Both the position numbers and the translations under genes were made by a program. A DNA stretch of 63,373 nucleotides, counting the filler, from Chiloscyllium plagiosum (taxonomy: Eukaryota): the NCBI RefSeq assembly GCF_004010195.1. It is 5 parts of one record of this genome, joined end to end, with 100 filler letters (N's around TTAATTAATTAA, not from the genome) between each part and the next. Parts side by side here need not be neighbours in the genome. Positions count along the whole stretch, not along the records: positions 1 to 25,885 come from NC_057713.1; 4 more parts are not named here. One strand, written 5' to 3'. Below the pieces are notes generated by a model. The model ran no database searches, was not told the DNA's origin, and worked only from the letters and a program-made list of their open reading frames with translations. Shown one piece after another: positions 12,773 through 25,409 of this stretch (the first letter of the stretch is position 1; the number at the start of each line of letters is the position of its first letter).

Positions 12773-13091
12773 GACTCTTTGGGACCCTTTCTGAAAAGGT
12801 GATGGAAGCAGAGTCTGTCAATACTTTAAAATCAAAGATGGACAGATTCTCAACATGTGTGGGGGTGAAAGGTTATCAGGTGAAGGGGGGAATGTGGAAT
12901 AATCAGATTGGTGATGATCTTATTGAATAGCAGAGTTGGTTCGAGGGGCTGAATGGTCTACTCCTGTTCCTTGTTGGTCTGTACTCTCCAAGTTCAGTTT
13001 CCTGTCTCTGCTCATATCCAATTTAATCAGATGACCATTTACTCAGCCGTGGTGAACTCCCACAAGAGTTGAGTTGACAGTCAAGTTGACT

Positions 13092-13230
13092 CTGGATTAG
13101 TGGTGCTGGAAGAGCACAGCAGTTCAGGCAGCATCCAAGGAGCAGCAAAATCGATGTTTCGGGCAAAAGCCCTTCATCAGGAATAAAGGCAGAGAGCCTG
13201 AAGCGTGGAGAGATAAGCTAGAGATAAGCT
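13092..13230 (-). mobile_element. Solo PLE hammerhead insertion (family A) with 13 bp TSD
   Basis: TSD agtcaagttgact at 13079-13091 and 13231-13243. Confidence 0.85.
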
Positions 13231-13419
13231 AGTCAAGTTGACTGTCTCCGCTGACACCAATTATTGCTGCTGTATTATGTTCTCTCTGTGTCTCTGCTCA
13301 GTTCTGACAGCTCAAGGGGGATTGATGGATGGGGTCCACATCTCCCTGGCCAGCCCACACTGGGAATCTGCTGACGCTTCACAACATCACGAGAATCTAC
13401 TCACTGAGCATTTCACATG

Positions 13420-13635
13420 ACAAAGGTGAGGACTGCAGATGCTGGAGATGAGAGTCTAGATTAGAGTGGTGCTGGAAAAGCAAAGCAGGCCAGGCAGCAT
13501 CTGAGGAGCAGGAAAATCGACGTTTCGGGCGAAAGTGAAACAGAGTGAGTTCTGAAGTCCTGAAACGTTAGCTCTGTTTCTCTCTCTACAGGTGCTGCCA
13601 GACCTGCAGAATTTCTCCAGCACTTCCTGTTTTGA
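13420..13635. mobile_element. Adjacent PLE termini, family A (-) and family D (+)
   Basis: aaagtgaggactgcagatgctggag...gacgtttcgggc, followed by gagttCTGAAG...GAAACGTTagctctg. Confidence 0.7.
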
Positions 13636-14294
13636 AACATGCATTATGTTGGGTTTCCAATTCATCATTTTCGCCCTGAGCTGTGACCCACAGTATCATT
13701 GGGTGGGTTGACGGGAGGTCCTCGGTCACCAATGAGGTTCTTAATGGCTGAATTAAGAGGGAATTAGTGCTCTCAATTGTTCAATCCAACTCCACTGCGA
13801 ACAATGTTTGGGCGGGTCAGAGGGTCCTGAGTGCAAAGTCTTAAAATGGCTTCTTTAAAAAGGTGAGGAGGAAGAGGGTATCAGGGAGCCCATTGATACT
13901 GGGAGGAGTATATATTGTGTGCAGTTTTTTTGAGGTACTCCCTCAGGACTGAGGGTGACATCTTTTCATTCTACAACTGTGGGTCCCAAGATGAGTTAGA
14001 AACATAGAAAATGGAGCAGGAGCAGGCCATTCGGCTCCTCGAGCCTGCATCACCATTCAAAATGATCACGGTTGATCATCCAACTCAGTCCCCTGTTCCC
14101 CCACGCTCCCCCATGCTCCCCCACGCTCTTTGATCTCTTTATCCCCAAGAACTATATCTAACTCCTTCTTGAAAACATTCCATATTTTGGGCTTGACCAC
14201 TTCCTGTGGCAGAGAATCCCACAGGCTCCCCATTCTCTGAGTGAAGACATTTCACCTCATCTCATGCTAACCAGTCACATGGCCCTTTTGGAGA

Positions 14295-14573
14295 CGGTCA
14301 AAGTGATTGTTACAAGGGCACATAAATTTAAGGTGAAGGGTGGAAGGTATAGGGGAGATGTCAGGGGTGGGTTCTTTACCCAGAGAGTGGTGGGGGCATG
14401 GAATGCGCTGCCTGTGGGAATGGCAGAGTCAGAATCATTGGTGACCTTTAAGCGGCAATTGGATAGGTACATGGATGGGTGCATAAGCTAGGACAAATGT
14501 TCGGCACAACATCGTGGGCCGAAGGGCCTGTTCTGTGCTGTATTGTTCTATGTTCTATGTTCTATGTTCTATG
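14295..14573 (+). mobile_element. CR1 LINE 3' end
   Basis: FFTQRVVGAWNALP; (TTCTATG)n tail. Confidence 0.85.
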
Positions 14574-14859
14574 TACCTTCACTGAGATATTTAAATATGG
14601 ACTCTTTTGGCCATTCACTCCATTGTGTTGTTCTAGCTTTTTGGAAACACCCTCAAATTAGACTCTGCCTCACTGATCTTGTCCTCCAGCCCTAATCAAA
14701 GCTTCACTTATGAAAACTCTTGCTGAATCTGCTCCCATTACCCTTTTGGGCAGTGCAGTCCCGATCATAACAATGTCCTGAATAAAATTGTCCTCATTTC
14801 TCCTTTGGTTCTTCTGTTAATACTGCTGTATAATAATGACAGAATTCTCTTCAAACATA

Positions 14860-15020
14860 ATTCCCTCCCTAAGGGCATTGTGGGTCTACCTACAGCACAT
14901 GGACTGCAGCAGTTCAAGAAGGCAGCTCACCCCCACCATCTCAAGGGGCAACTAGGGACGAGTAGAAAAATGTGACCCAGCCAGTGCCAACCACGTCCCA
15001 TGCCCCATGAGTGAATTAAA
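14860..15020 (+). mobile_element. Zenon-like LINE 3' tail
   Basis: ggactgcagcagttcaagaaggcagctcacc...caaggggcaactagggacg. Confidence 0.7.
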
Positions 15021-15737
15021 TTAGACATAAAAAGTGCAGGTGTTGGAAATCAGAAAGAAAACCAGAAATTGCTGGAAAAGCTCAGCAGGTCTGGCAGCAT
15101 CTGTGGAGAGAAATTAGAGTTAATGTTTCTCAGCAACATGGCAAATAAGACACACTATAGCTGGGGAAGGTGGGATGGGAACCAAGCTGTTTTGGACCAG
15201 AGGTAGGGATACTACAATGACATCCCAAGAACCCTCGAAAGGATCTCCTCTTCTTATATGTTTCCCAGAAAGGTAGTGTAGCTTTTAAGATAGGTGGCAT
15301 GCGATGTTCCGGTATAAAGGTCTGCCTGTCAGCGGTTACAATGCAGTGGCGTTAATGCAGAGTCGAGTCTCTGTAGACAGCAGGTGCTGATTAAATAATA
15401 TAGCTGTAACATCAGTGAGCCCAGCACTTACATTATACGGAGGTCAGAGCTATGAATAGTGAAGTAGTCACCACTGATAATAACCTGCAAGATATTTCCC
15501 CTGCTTGGAAAGTCCAGAAACAATGGTCATGATTTAAGAATAAAGAAGGTCCCACTTACACCTGAGATGAGAAGAAATTAATTTATTAAGAAGATTGTGA
15601 ACCTTTGGAATGGTGTACTATAGAGGGCTGTGGAAGCTCAGTCTCCAAGTCTTTTTCAGGCAGAGGTTGATAGATGTTTGATAATCAGTGGGGTACAATG
15701 TTACAGGAATGGGGTGAACAAAAGTGTTCAATTGACT

Positions 15738-15790
15738 GGCAGCAGGGTGGCTCAGCAGTTAGCACTGCTGCCGTATACCAGCAGGACCAA
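15738..15790 (+). mobile_element. Truncated HE1 SINE head (A box only)
   Basis: ggcagcagggtggctcagcagttagcactgctgcc matches the HE1 5' end and stops before the B box. Confidence 0.7.
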
Positions 15791-18700
15791 GTGATATAAC
15801 AGTAACCCAGTCCGTGTGATATAACAGTGACCCAGTCTGTGTGAAATAACAGTAACCCAGTCTGTGTGATATAACAGTGACCCAGTCTGTGTGATATAAC
15901 AGTGTGTGATATAGCAGTAACCCAGTCTGTGTGATATAACAGTGACCCATTCTGTGTGATATAGCAGTAACCCAGTCTGTGTGATATAACAGTGACCCAT
16001 TCTGTGTGATATAGCAGTAACCCAGTCTGTGTGATATAACAGTGACCCATTCTGTGTGATATAGCAGTAACCCAGTCTGTGTGATATAACAGTGACCCAT
16101 TCTGTGTGATATAGCAGTAACCCAGTCTGTGTGATATAACAGTGACCCATTCTGTGTGATATAGCAGTAACCCAGTCTGTGTGATATAACAGTGACCCAT
16201 TCTGTGTGATATAGCAGTAACCCAGTCTGTGTGATATAACAGTGACCCATTCTGTGTGATATAGCAGTAACCCAGTCTGTGTGATATAACAGTGACCCAT
16301 TCTGTGTGATATAGCAGTAACCCAGTCTGTGTGATATAACAGTGACCCATTCTGTGTGATATAGCAGTAACCCAGTCTGTGTGATATAACAGTGACCCAT
16401 TCTGTGTGATATAGCAGTAACCCAGTCTGTGTGATATAACAGTGACCCATTCTGTGTGATATAGCAGTAACCCAGTCTGTGTGATATAACAGTGACCCAT
16501 TCTGTGTGATATAGCAGTAACCCAGTCTGTGTGATATAACAGTGACCCATTCTGTGTGATATAGCAGTAACCCAGTCTGTGTGATATAACAGTGACCCAT
16601 TCTGTGTGATATAGCAGTAACCCAGTCTGTGTGATATAACAGTGACCCATTCTGTGTGATATAGCAGTAACCCAGTCTGTGTGATATAACAGTGACCCAT
16701 TCTGTGTGATATAGCAGTAACCCAGTCTGTGTGATATAACAGTGACCCATTCTGTGTGATATAGCAGTAACCCAGTCTGTGTGATATAACAGTGACCCAT
16801 TCTGTGTGATATAGCAGTAACCCAGTCTGTGTGATATAACAGTGACCCATTCTGTGTGATATAGCAGTAACCCAGTCTGTGTGATATAACAGTGACCCAT
16901 TCTGTGTGATATAGCAGTAACCCAGTCTGTGTGATATAACAGTGACCCATTCTGTGTGATATAGCAGTAACCCAGTCTGTGTGATATAACAGTGACCCAT
17001 TCTGTGTGATATAGCAGTAACCCAGTCTGTGTGATATAACAGTGACCCATTCTGTGTGATATAGCAGTAACCCAGTCTGTGTGATATAACAGTGACCCAT
17101 TCTGTGTGATATAGCAGTAACCCAGTCTGTGTGATATAACAGTGACCCATTCTGTGTGATATAGCAGTAACCCAGTCTGTGTGATATAACAGTGACCCAT
17201 TCTGTGTGATATAGCAGTAACCCAGTCTGTGTGATATAACAGTGACCCATTCTGTGTGATATAGCAGTAACCCAGTCTGTGTGATATAACAGTGACCCAT
17301 TCTGTGTGATATAGCAGTAACCCAGTCTGTGTGATATAACAGTGACCCATTCTGTGTGATATAGCAGTAACCCAGTCTGTGTGATATAACAGTGACCCAT
17401 TCTGTGTGATATAGCAGTAACCCAGTCTGTGTGATATAACAGTGACCCATTCTGTGTGATATAGCAGTAACCCAGTCTGTGTGATATAACAGTGACCCAT
17501 TCTGTGTGATATAGCAGTAACCCAGTCTGTGTGATATAACAGTGACCCATTCTGTGTGATATAGCAGTAACCCAGTCTGTGTGATATAACAGTGACCCAT
17601 TCTGTGTGATATAGCAGTAACCCAGTCTGTGTGATATAACAGTGACCCATTCTGTGTGATATAGCAGTAACCCAGTCTGTGTGATATAACAGTGACCCAT
17701 TCTGTGTGATATAGCAGTAACCCAGTCTGTGTGATATAACAGTGACCCATTCTGTGTGATATAGCAGTAACCCAGTCTGTGTGATATAACAGTGACCCAT
17801 TCTGTGTGATATAGCAGTAACCCAGTCTGTGTGATATAACAGTGACCCATTCTGTGTGATATAGCAGTAACCCAGTCTGTGTGATATAACAGTGACCCAT
17901 TCTGTGTGATATAGCAGTAACCCAGTCTGTGTGATATAACAGTGACCCATTCTGTGTGATATAGCAGTAACCCAGTCTGTGTGATATAACAGTGACCCAT
18001 TCTGTGTGATATAGCAGTAACCCAGTCTGTGTGATATAACAGTGACCCATTCTGTGTGATATAGCAGTAACCCAGTCTGTGTGATATAACAGTGACCCAT
18101 TCTGTGTGATATAGCAGTAACCCAGTCTGTGTGATATAACAGTGACCCATTCTGTGTGATATAGCAGTAACCCAGTCTGTGTGATATAACAGTGACCCAT
18201 TCTGTGTGATATAGCAGTAACCCAGTCTGTGTGATATAACAGTGACCCATTCTGTGTGATATAGCAGTAACCCAGTCTGTGTGATATAACAGTGACCCAT
18301 TCTGTGTGATATAGCAGTAACCCAGTCTGTGTGATATAACAGTGACCCATTCTGTGTGATATAGCAGTAACCCAGTCTGTGTGATATAACAGTGACCCAT
18401 TCTGTGTGATATAGCAGTAACCCAGTCTGTGTGATATAACAGTGACCCATTCTGTGTGATATAGCAGTAACCCAGTCTGTGTGATATAACAGTGACCCAT
18501 TCTGTGTGATATAGCAGTAACCCAGTCTGTGTGATATAACAGTGACCCATTCTGTGTGATATAGCAGTAACCCAGTCTGTGTGATATAACAGTGACCCAT
18601 TCTGTGTGATATAGCAGTAACCCAGTCTGTGTGATATAACAGTGACCCATTCTGTGTGATATAGCAGTAACCCAGTCTGTGTGATATAACAGTGACCCAT

Positions 18701-21700
18701 TCTGTGTGATATAGCAGTAACCCAGTCTGTGTGATATAACAGTGACCCATTCTGTGTGATATAGCAGTAACCCAGTCTGTGTGATATAACAGTGACCCAT
18801 TCTGTGTGATATAGCAGTAACCCAGTCTGTGTGATATAACAGTGACCCATTCTGTGTGATATAGCAGTAACCCAGTCTGTGTGATATAACAGTGACCCAT
18901 TCTGTGTGATATAGCAGTAACCCAGTCTGTGTGATATAACAGTGACCCATTCTGTGTGATATAGCAGTAACCCAGTCTGTGTGATATAACAGTGACCCAT
19001 TCTGTGTGATATAGCAGTAACCCAGTCTGTGTGATATAACAGTGACCCATTCTGTGTGATATAGCAGTAACCCAGTCTGTGTGATATAACAGTGACCCAT
19101 TCTGTGTGATATAGCAGTAACCCAGTCTGTGTGATATAACAGTGACCCATTCTGTGTGATATAGCAGTAACCCAGTCTGTGTGATATAACAGTGACCCAT
19201 TCTGTGTGATATAGCAGTAACCCAGTCTGTGTGATATAACAGTGACCCATTCTGTGTGATATAGCAGTAACCCAGTCTGTGTGATATAACAGTGACCCAT
19301 TCTGTGTGATATAGCAGTAACCCAGTCTGTGTGATATAACAGTGACCCATTCTGTGTGATATAGCAGTAACCCAGTCTGTGTGATATAACAGTGACCCAT
19401 TCTGTGTGATATAGCAGTAACCCAGTCTGTGTGATATAACAGTGACCCATTCTGTGTGATATAGCAGTAACCCAGTCTGTGTGATATAACAGTGACCCAT
19501 TCTGTGTGATATAGCAGTAACCCAGTCTGTGTGATATAACAGTGACCCATTCTGTGTGATATAGCAGTAACCCAGTCTGTGTGATATAACAGTGACCCAT
19601 TCTGTGTGATATAGCAGTAACCCAGTCTGTGTGATATAACAGTGACCCATTCTGTGTGATATAGCAGTAACCCAGTCTGTGTGATATAACAGTGACCCAT
19701 TCTGTGTGATATAGCAGTAACCCAGTCTGTGTGATATAACAGTGACCCATTCTGTGTGATATAGCAGTAACCCAGTCTGTGTGATATAACAGTGACCCAT
19801 TCTGTGTGATATAGCAGTAACCCAGTCTGTGTGATATAACAGTGACCCATTCTGTGTGATATAGCAGTAACCCAGTCTGTGTGATATAACAGTGACCCAT
19901 TCTGTGTGATATAGCAGTAACCCAGTCTGTGTGATATAACAGTGACCCATTCTGTGTGATATAGCAGTAACCCAGTCTGTGTGATATAACAGTGACCCAT
20001 TCTGTGTGATATAGCAGTAACCCAGTCTGTGTGATATAACAGTGACCCATTCTGTGTGATATAGCAGTAACCCAGTCTGTGTGATATAACAGTGACCCAT
20101 TCTGTGTGATATAGCAGTAACCCAGTCTGTGTGATATAACAGTGACCCATTCTGTGTGATATAGCAGTAACCCAGTCTGTGTGATATAACAGTGACCCAT
20201 TCTGTGTGATATAGCAGTAACCCAGTCTGTGTGATATAACAGTGACCCATTCTGTGTGATATAGCAGTAACCCAGTCTGTGTGATATAACAGTGACCCAT
20301 TCTGTGTGATATAGCAGTAACCCAGTCTGTGTGATATAACAGTGACCCATTCTGTGTGATATAGCAGTAACCCAGTCTGTGTGATATAACAGTGACCCAT
20401 TCTGTGTGATATAGCAGTAACCCAGTCTGTGTGATATAACAGTGACCCATTCTGTGTGATATAGCAGTAACCCAGTCTGTGTGATATAACAGTGACCCAT
20501 TCTGTGTGATATAGCAGTAACCCAGTCTGTGTGATATAACAGTGACCCATTCTGTGTGATATAGCAGTAACCCAGTCTGTGTGATATAACAGTGACCCAT
20601 TCTGTGTGATATAGCAGTAACCCAGTCTGTGTGATATAACAGTGACCCATTCTGTGTGATATAGCAGTAACCCAGTCTGTGTGATATAACAGTGACCCAT
20701 TCTGTGTGATATAGCAGTAACCCAGTCTGTGTGATATAACAGTGACCCATTCTGTGTGATATAGCAGTAACCCAGTCTGTGTGATATAACAGTGACCCAT
20801 TCTGTGTGATATAGCAGTAACCCAGTCTGTGTGATATAACAGTGACCCATTCTGTGTGATATAGCAGTAACCCAGTCTGTGTGATATAACAGTGACCCAT
20901 TCTGTGTGATATAGCAGTAACCCAGTCTGTGTGATATAACAGTGACCCATTCTGTGTGATATAGCAGTAACCCAGTCTGTGTGATATAACAGTGACCCAT
21001 TCTGTGTGATATAGCAGTAACCCAGTCTGTGTGATATAACAGTGACCCATTCTGTGTGATATAGCAGTAACCCAGTCTGTGTGATATAACAGTGACCCAT
21101 TCTGTGTGATATAGCAGTAACCCAGTCTGTGTGATATAACAGTGACCCATTCTGTGTGATATAGCAGTAACCCAGTCTGTGTGATATAACAGTGACCCAT
21201 TCTGTGTGATATAGCAGTAACCCAGTCTGTGTGATATAACAGTGACCCATTCTGTGTGATATAGCAGTAACCCAGTCTGTGTGATATAACAGTGACCCAT
21301 TCTGTGTGATATAGCAGTAACCCAGTCTGTGTGATATAACAGTGACCCATTCTGTGTGATATAGCAGTAACCCAGTCTGTGTGATATAACAGTGACCCAT
21401 TCTGTGTGATATAGCAGTAACCCAGTCTGTGTGATATAACAGTGACCCATTCTGTGTGATATAGCAGTAACCCAGTCTGTGTGATATAACAGTGACCCAT
21501 TCTGTGTGATATAGCAGTAACCCAGTCTGTGTGATATAACAGTGACCCATTCTGTGTGATATAGCAGTAACCCAGTCTGTGTGATATAACAGTGACCCAT
21601 TCTGTGTGATATAGCAGTAACCCAGTCTGTGTGATATAACAGTGACCCATTCTGTGTGATATAGCAGTAACCCAGTCTGTGTGATATAACAGTGACCCAT

Positions 21701-22262
21701 TCTGTGTGATATAGCAGTAACCCAGTCTGTGTGATATAACAGTGACCCATTCTGTGTGATATAGCAGTAACCCAGTCTGTGTGATATAACAGTGACCCAT
21801 TCTGTGTGATATAGCAGTAACCCAGTCTGTGTGATATAACAGTGACCCATTCTGTGTGATATAGCAGTAACCCAGTCTGTGTGATATAACAGTGACCCAT
21901 TCTGTGTGATATAGCAGTAACCCAGTCTGTGTGATATAACAGTGACCCATTCTGTGTGATATAGCAGTAACCCAGTCTGTGTGATATAACAGTGACCCAT
22001 TCTGTGTGATATAGCAGTAACCCAGTCTGTGTGATATAACAGTGACCCATTCTGTGTGATATAGCAGTAACCCAGTCTGTGTGATATAACAGTGACCCAT
22101 TCTGTGTGATATAGCAGTAACCCAGTCTGTGTGATATAACAGTAACCCAGTCTGTGTGATATAACAGTGACCCATTCTGTGTGATATAGCAGTAACCCAG
22201 TCTGTGTGATATAGCAGTAACCCAGTCTGAGTGATATAACAGTAACCCAGTCCTTGTGATAT
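15791..22262. repeat. 6.5 kb tandem array: 25 bp monomer in a 50 bp dimeric higher-order repeat (~125 dimers)
   Basis: (gtgatatagcagtaacccagtctgt gtgatataacagtgacccattctgt)n, with no visible variation from ~15906 to ~22140 and ragged monomers at both edges. Confidence 0.98.
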
Positions 22263-23094
22263 ATTCAATGTGAGCTATCAAACTGACTGTTTGGAGAGGC
22301 CACACTAGGAATATATTTTTGCTTGTCTTAGAATATAAAGTAGAAGCAGAAGTATGTAAATATCTACTTCTCTGAAAGTGCCAGTCCTACTGATTCCAAT
22401 GAAAAAAGCCTAAAAGGTCAGAAGGTCAAGGGCATGCCCAATTCCATCTTACAGAATCCTGGAACTGTTCTGGTGCAAAAGGAGACCATTCAGCCCTTTA
22501 TGCCTGTACTGGCTCTTTAAATGGTCATTCTCACTGTTCAGTAATTTCTTCCTATTCCTCCTTTTGTATCTGAAATTTGTACCAAGGAACTTTGTACCTA
22601 AGATGGCGCCATATGAGGTAACACTGTAAAACCTTTCACTGTACTCCTGTACTTGTGTATGTGTGTCATTAGTGGATATTCTACTCTATTGTATTATTAC
22701 GGAGCACCAATCTCCTGCCTTTTCTCCACTTCCCTGCTCATCATTTCTATCCAAGTTACCATCCAATGCCCCTCTTCAATGCCTCAGTTGAACCTGCCTC
22801 CCCCACATTCCCTGGCAGTACATTCCAGCCCCTCACTACTCGCTGGGTGAAATAGATTAGTGCTCCCCTCACTGTGGCTTCGTTTGCTGATCGCTGTGAA
22901 TCGATGGTTGCATGTTTGTGATGTGCCTAGGAGCAGAAAAGAGGCCAGGCTACAGCTCAGGTCAGTTCTTACATTTACTTGCATTATGATTGCTTTGTAG
23001 TTTGACACCAACCACCATCCTTACCTCCATTCCCCTCAATATCCAAAAATAAATTTGCCAATCGCAGTTTTGCTGTTTTGAATGGAGGAAGAGA

Positions 23095-23410
23095 GTTTTG
23101 TGATGGTAACATCACTGTGCTAGTAAGGAGACATGGTCTCAAATTCCTTTGTGGCTGCTTGTGAGATTGAGCGTCAGTTTATAAATCTGGAATTGAAAGC
23201 TAATTTCAGTGACAGAGGCCATTGAACTCATATCGACTGCTGTGTCTGATTCCCTTTATGGAGGGAAATCTGCCATCCTTACCCGATCTGGCCGATATGT
23301 GACTCTAGACTCTAGACCCACAGCCAATGTGGTTGCTCTGACAAGCACAACAAGCCGCTCAGTTCAAGGGTTCGAGTTGGGCATCAATTGTTGGCCTTGC
23401 CAGTGATTCC
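23095..23410 (+). mobile_element. Family-B SINE (degenerate)
   Basis: aaatctgccatccttacc...gactctagacccacagccaatgtggttg. Confidence 0.7.
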
Positions 23411-23509
23411 AAGGTAAAATAAAGGAACATAAAATGGCCCCTCAGTCTCAACATCATTATGGGGACAGAGTTCCCGGTTTCCACTCTGCTCAGTAGGTAG
23501 GTAAGGTCA

Positions 23510-24044
23510 GGAAGAAGGCTTGCCTATTTGGTCAGTGCATTGAGTACAGGAGTTGGGAGGTCATGTTGTGGCTGTACAGGACCTGGGATAGGCCACTTTT
23601 AGAATACTAGGCAAAAGTGAGGACTGCAGCTGCTGGAGGTTAGAGTCGAGAGTGTGATGCTGGAAAAGCACAGCAGGTCAGGCAGTCTCCGAGGAACAGG
23701 AGAATCGATGTTTCGGGCAAAAGCCTTTCATCCTGTTCCTCGGAGACTGCCTGACCTGCTGTGCTTTTGCAGCACCACACCTTGGACACTTTTGGAATAC
23801 TGCATTTAATCCTGGTCTCTCTCCTATAGGAAAGATGTTGTTAAACTTGAAAAGGTTCAAAAAATGATTTACAAGGATGTTGCCAGGCTTGGAGGGTTTG
23901 AGCTATAGGGAGAGGCTGAATAGGCTGAGGGGTGACCTGATAGAGGTTTATAAAATCATGAGGGGCATGGGGCAGGGTAAATAGACAAAGTCTTTTCCCC
24001 AGGGTAGGGGAGTCCAGAAAACAAGGGTGTAGGCTTAGGGTGAG
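23510..24044 (+). mobile_element. CR1 3' fragment, interrupted by a palindrome and running into a gap
   Basis: gagtacaggagttgggaggtcatgttg...gagctatagggagaggctgaatagg. Confidence 0.85.
23609..23786. mobile_element. Palindromic PLE-terminus insertion (family A) with ~15 bp TSD
   Basis: TSD cactttt(a/g)gaatact at 23594-23608 and 23787-23801. Confidence 0.85.
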
Positions 24045-24911
24045 NNNNNNNNNNNNNNNNNNNNNNNNNNNNNNNNNNNNNNNNNNNNNNNNNNNNNNNN
24101 NNNNNNNNNNNNNNNNNNNNNNNNNNNNNNNNNNNNNNNNNNNNNNNNNNNNNNNNNNNNNNNNNNNNNNNNNNNNNNNNNNNNNNNNNNNNNNNNNNNN
24201 NNNNNNNNNNNNNNNNNNNNNNNNNNNNNNNNNNNNNNNNNNNNNNNNNNNNNNNNNNNNNNNNNNNNNNNNNNNNNNNNNNNNNNNNNNNNNNNNNNNN
24301 NNNNNNNNNNNNNNNNNNNNNNNNNNNNNNNNNNNNNNNNNNNNNNNNNNNNNNNNNNNNNNNNNNNNNNNNNNNNNNNNNNNNNNNNNNNNNNNNNNNN
24401 NNNNNNNNNNNNNNNNNNNNNNNNNNNNNNNNNNNNNNNNNNNNNNNNNNNNNNNNNNNNNNNNNNNNNNNNNNNNNNNNNNNNNNNNNNNNNNNNNNNN
24501 NNNNNNNNNNNNNNNNNNNNNNNNNNNNNNNNNNNNNNNNNNNNCTAGTCACGTCCCCAGCTTTTAAGTGTTGCAATTGTACCAGCCGCCACTACTGTTA
24601 GGAATATATTCACCGGACTTGAGAAGAATAGGGTTGATGGGGGGGATTTCTCACAGAAACCTATAAAATTCTAACCGGACTAGGCAGGGTAAACACAGGA
24701 AGGATGTCCCCAGTGACGGGGGAGTCCAGAACCAGGGGGTCACAGTCTAAGGACACAGGGTAAGACTGAACTGAGGAGAAAATCTTTCTCCCACAGAGTG
24801 AAATTCTCTGTCACAGGAAGTGGTTGAGGCCAAAACGTTACGGAGGTGGATATAATTCTTGTGGCTAAAGAGAGCATGGGATTATGGAGAAAAGATGGGA
24901 CTAGGGTATTT

Positions 24912-25221
24912 TAGATTCCCTACAGTGTGGAAACAGGCTCTTTTGGCCCAACCAGTCCACACCGACCCTCCAAGGAGGAACCCACCCAGACCCACTTCCC
25001 TCTGACTACTGCACCTAACACAATGGGCAATTTAGCATGGCCAATTCACCTGACTTGCACATCTTTAGACTGTGGGAGGAAAGTGGAGCACCCGGAGGAA
25101 ACCCACACAGACACGGGGAGAATGTGCAAACTCCAAACAGACAGCCGCCCAAGACTGGAATCGAACCTGGGACACTGGCACTGTGAGGCAGCTGTGCTAA
25201 CCACTGAGCCACCGTGCTGCC
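24912..25221 (-). mobile_element. HE1-type SINE, full length
   Basis: A and B boxes, V-domain and tail in reverse complement. Confidence 0.9.
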
Positions 25222-25409
25222 CATTGGTGAGGTATTGACCTCAATGATCAGCTGTGATCAGATTGAATGGTGGGGCAGTCTCGACGGATCGAATGACCAA
25301 CTCCTGCTTCTATCTTCTATGTTTCTATGCAACACATGGTATTCTATAGTTACGAGGTACAACAGTACTGAGTATAACAGGGTTAAGTTAAAGCCACAAT
25401 ACTGGCCTT

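Noticed and set aside
15791..22262. CRISPR array or recombination-signal (RSS) array
   Set aside because: There are no unique spacers or cas genes and the context is eukaryotic. No intact CACAGTG heptamer with a nonamer is present.
15685..22305. Three overlapping ORFs of more than 2000 aa on the - strand
   Set aside because: They arise from a stop-free 50 bp repeat cycling through all frames, giving the same 50-aa repeat in each. There is no domain or other coding evidence.
23956..24576. ORFs running through N gaps
   Set aside because: Open only because of Ns.
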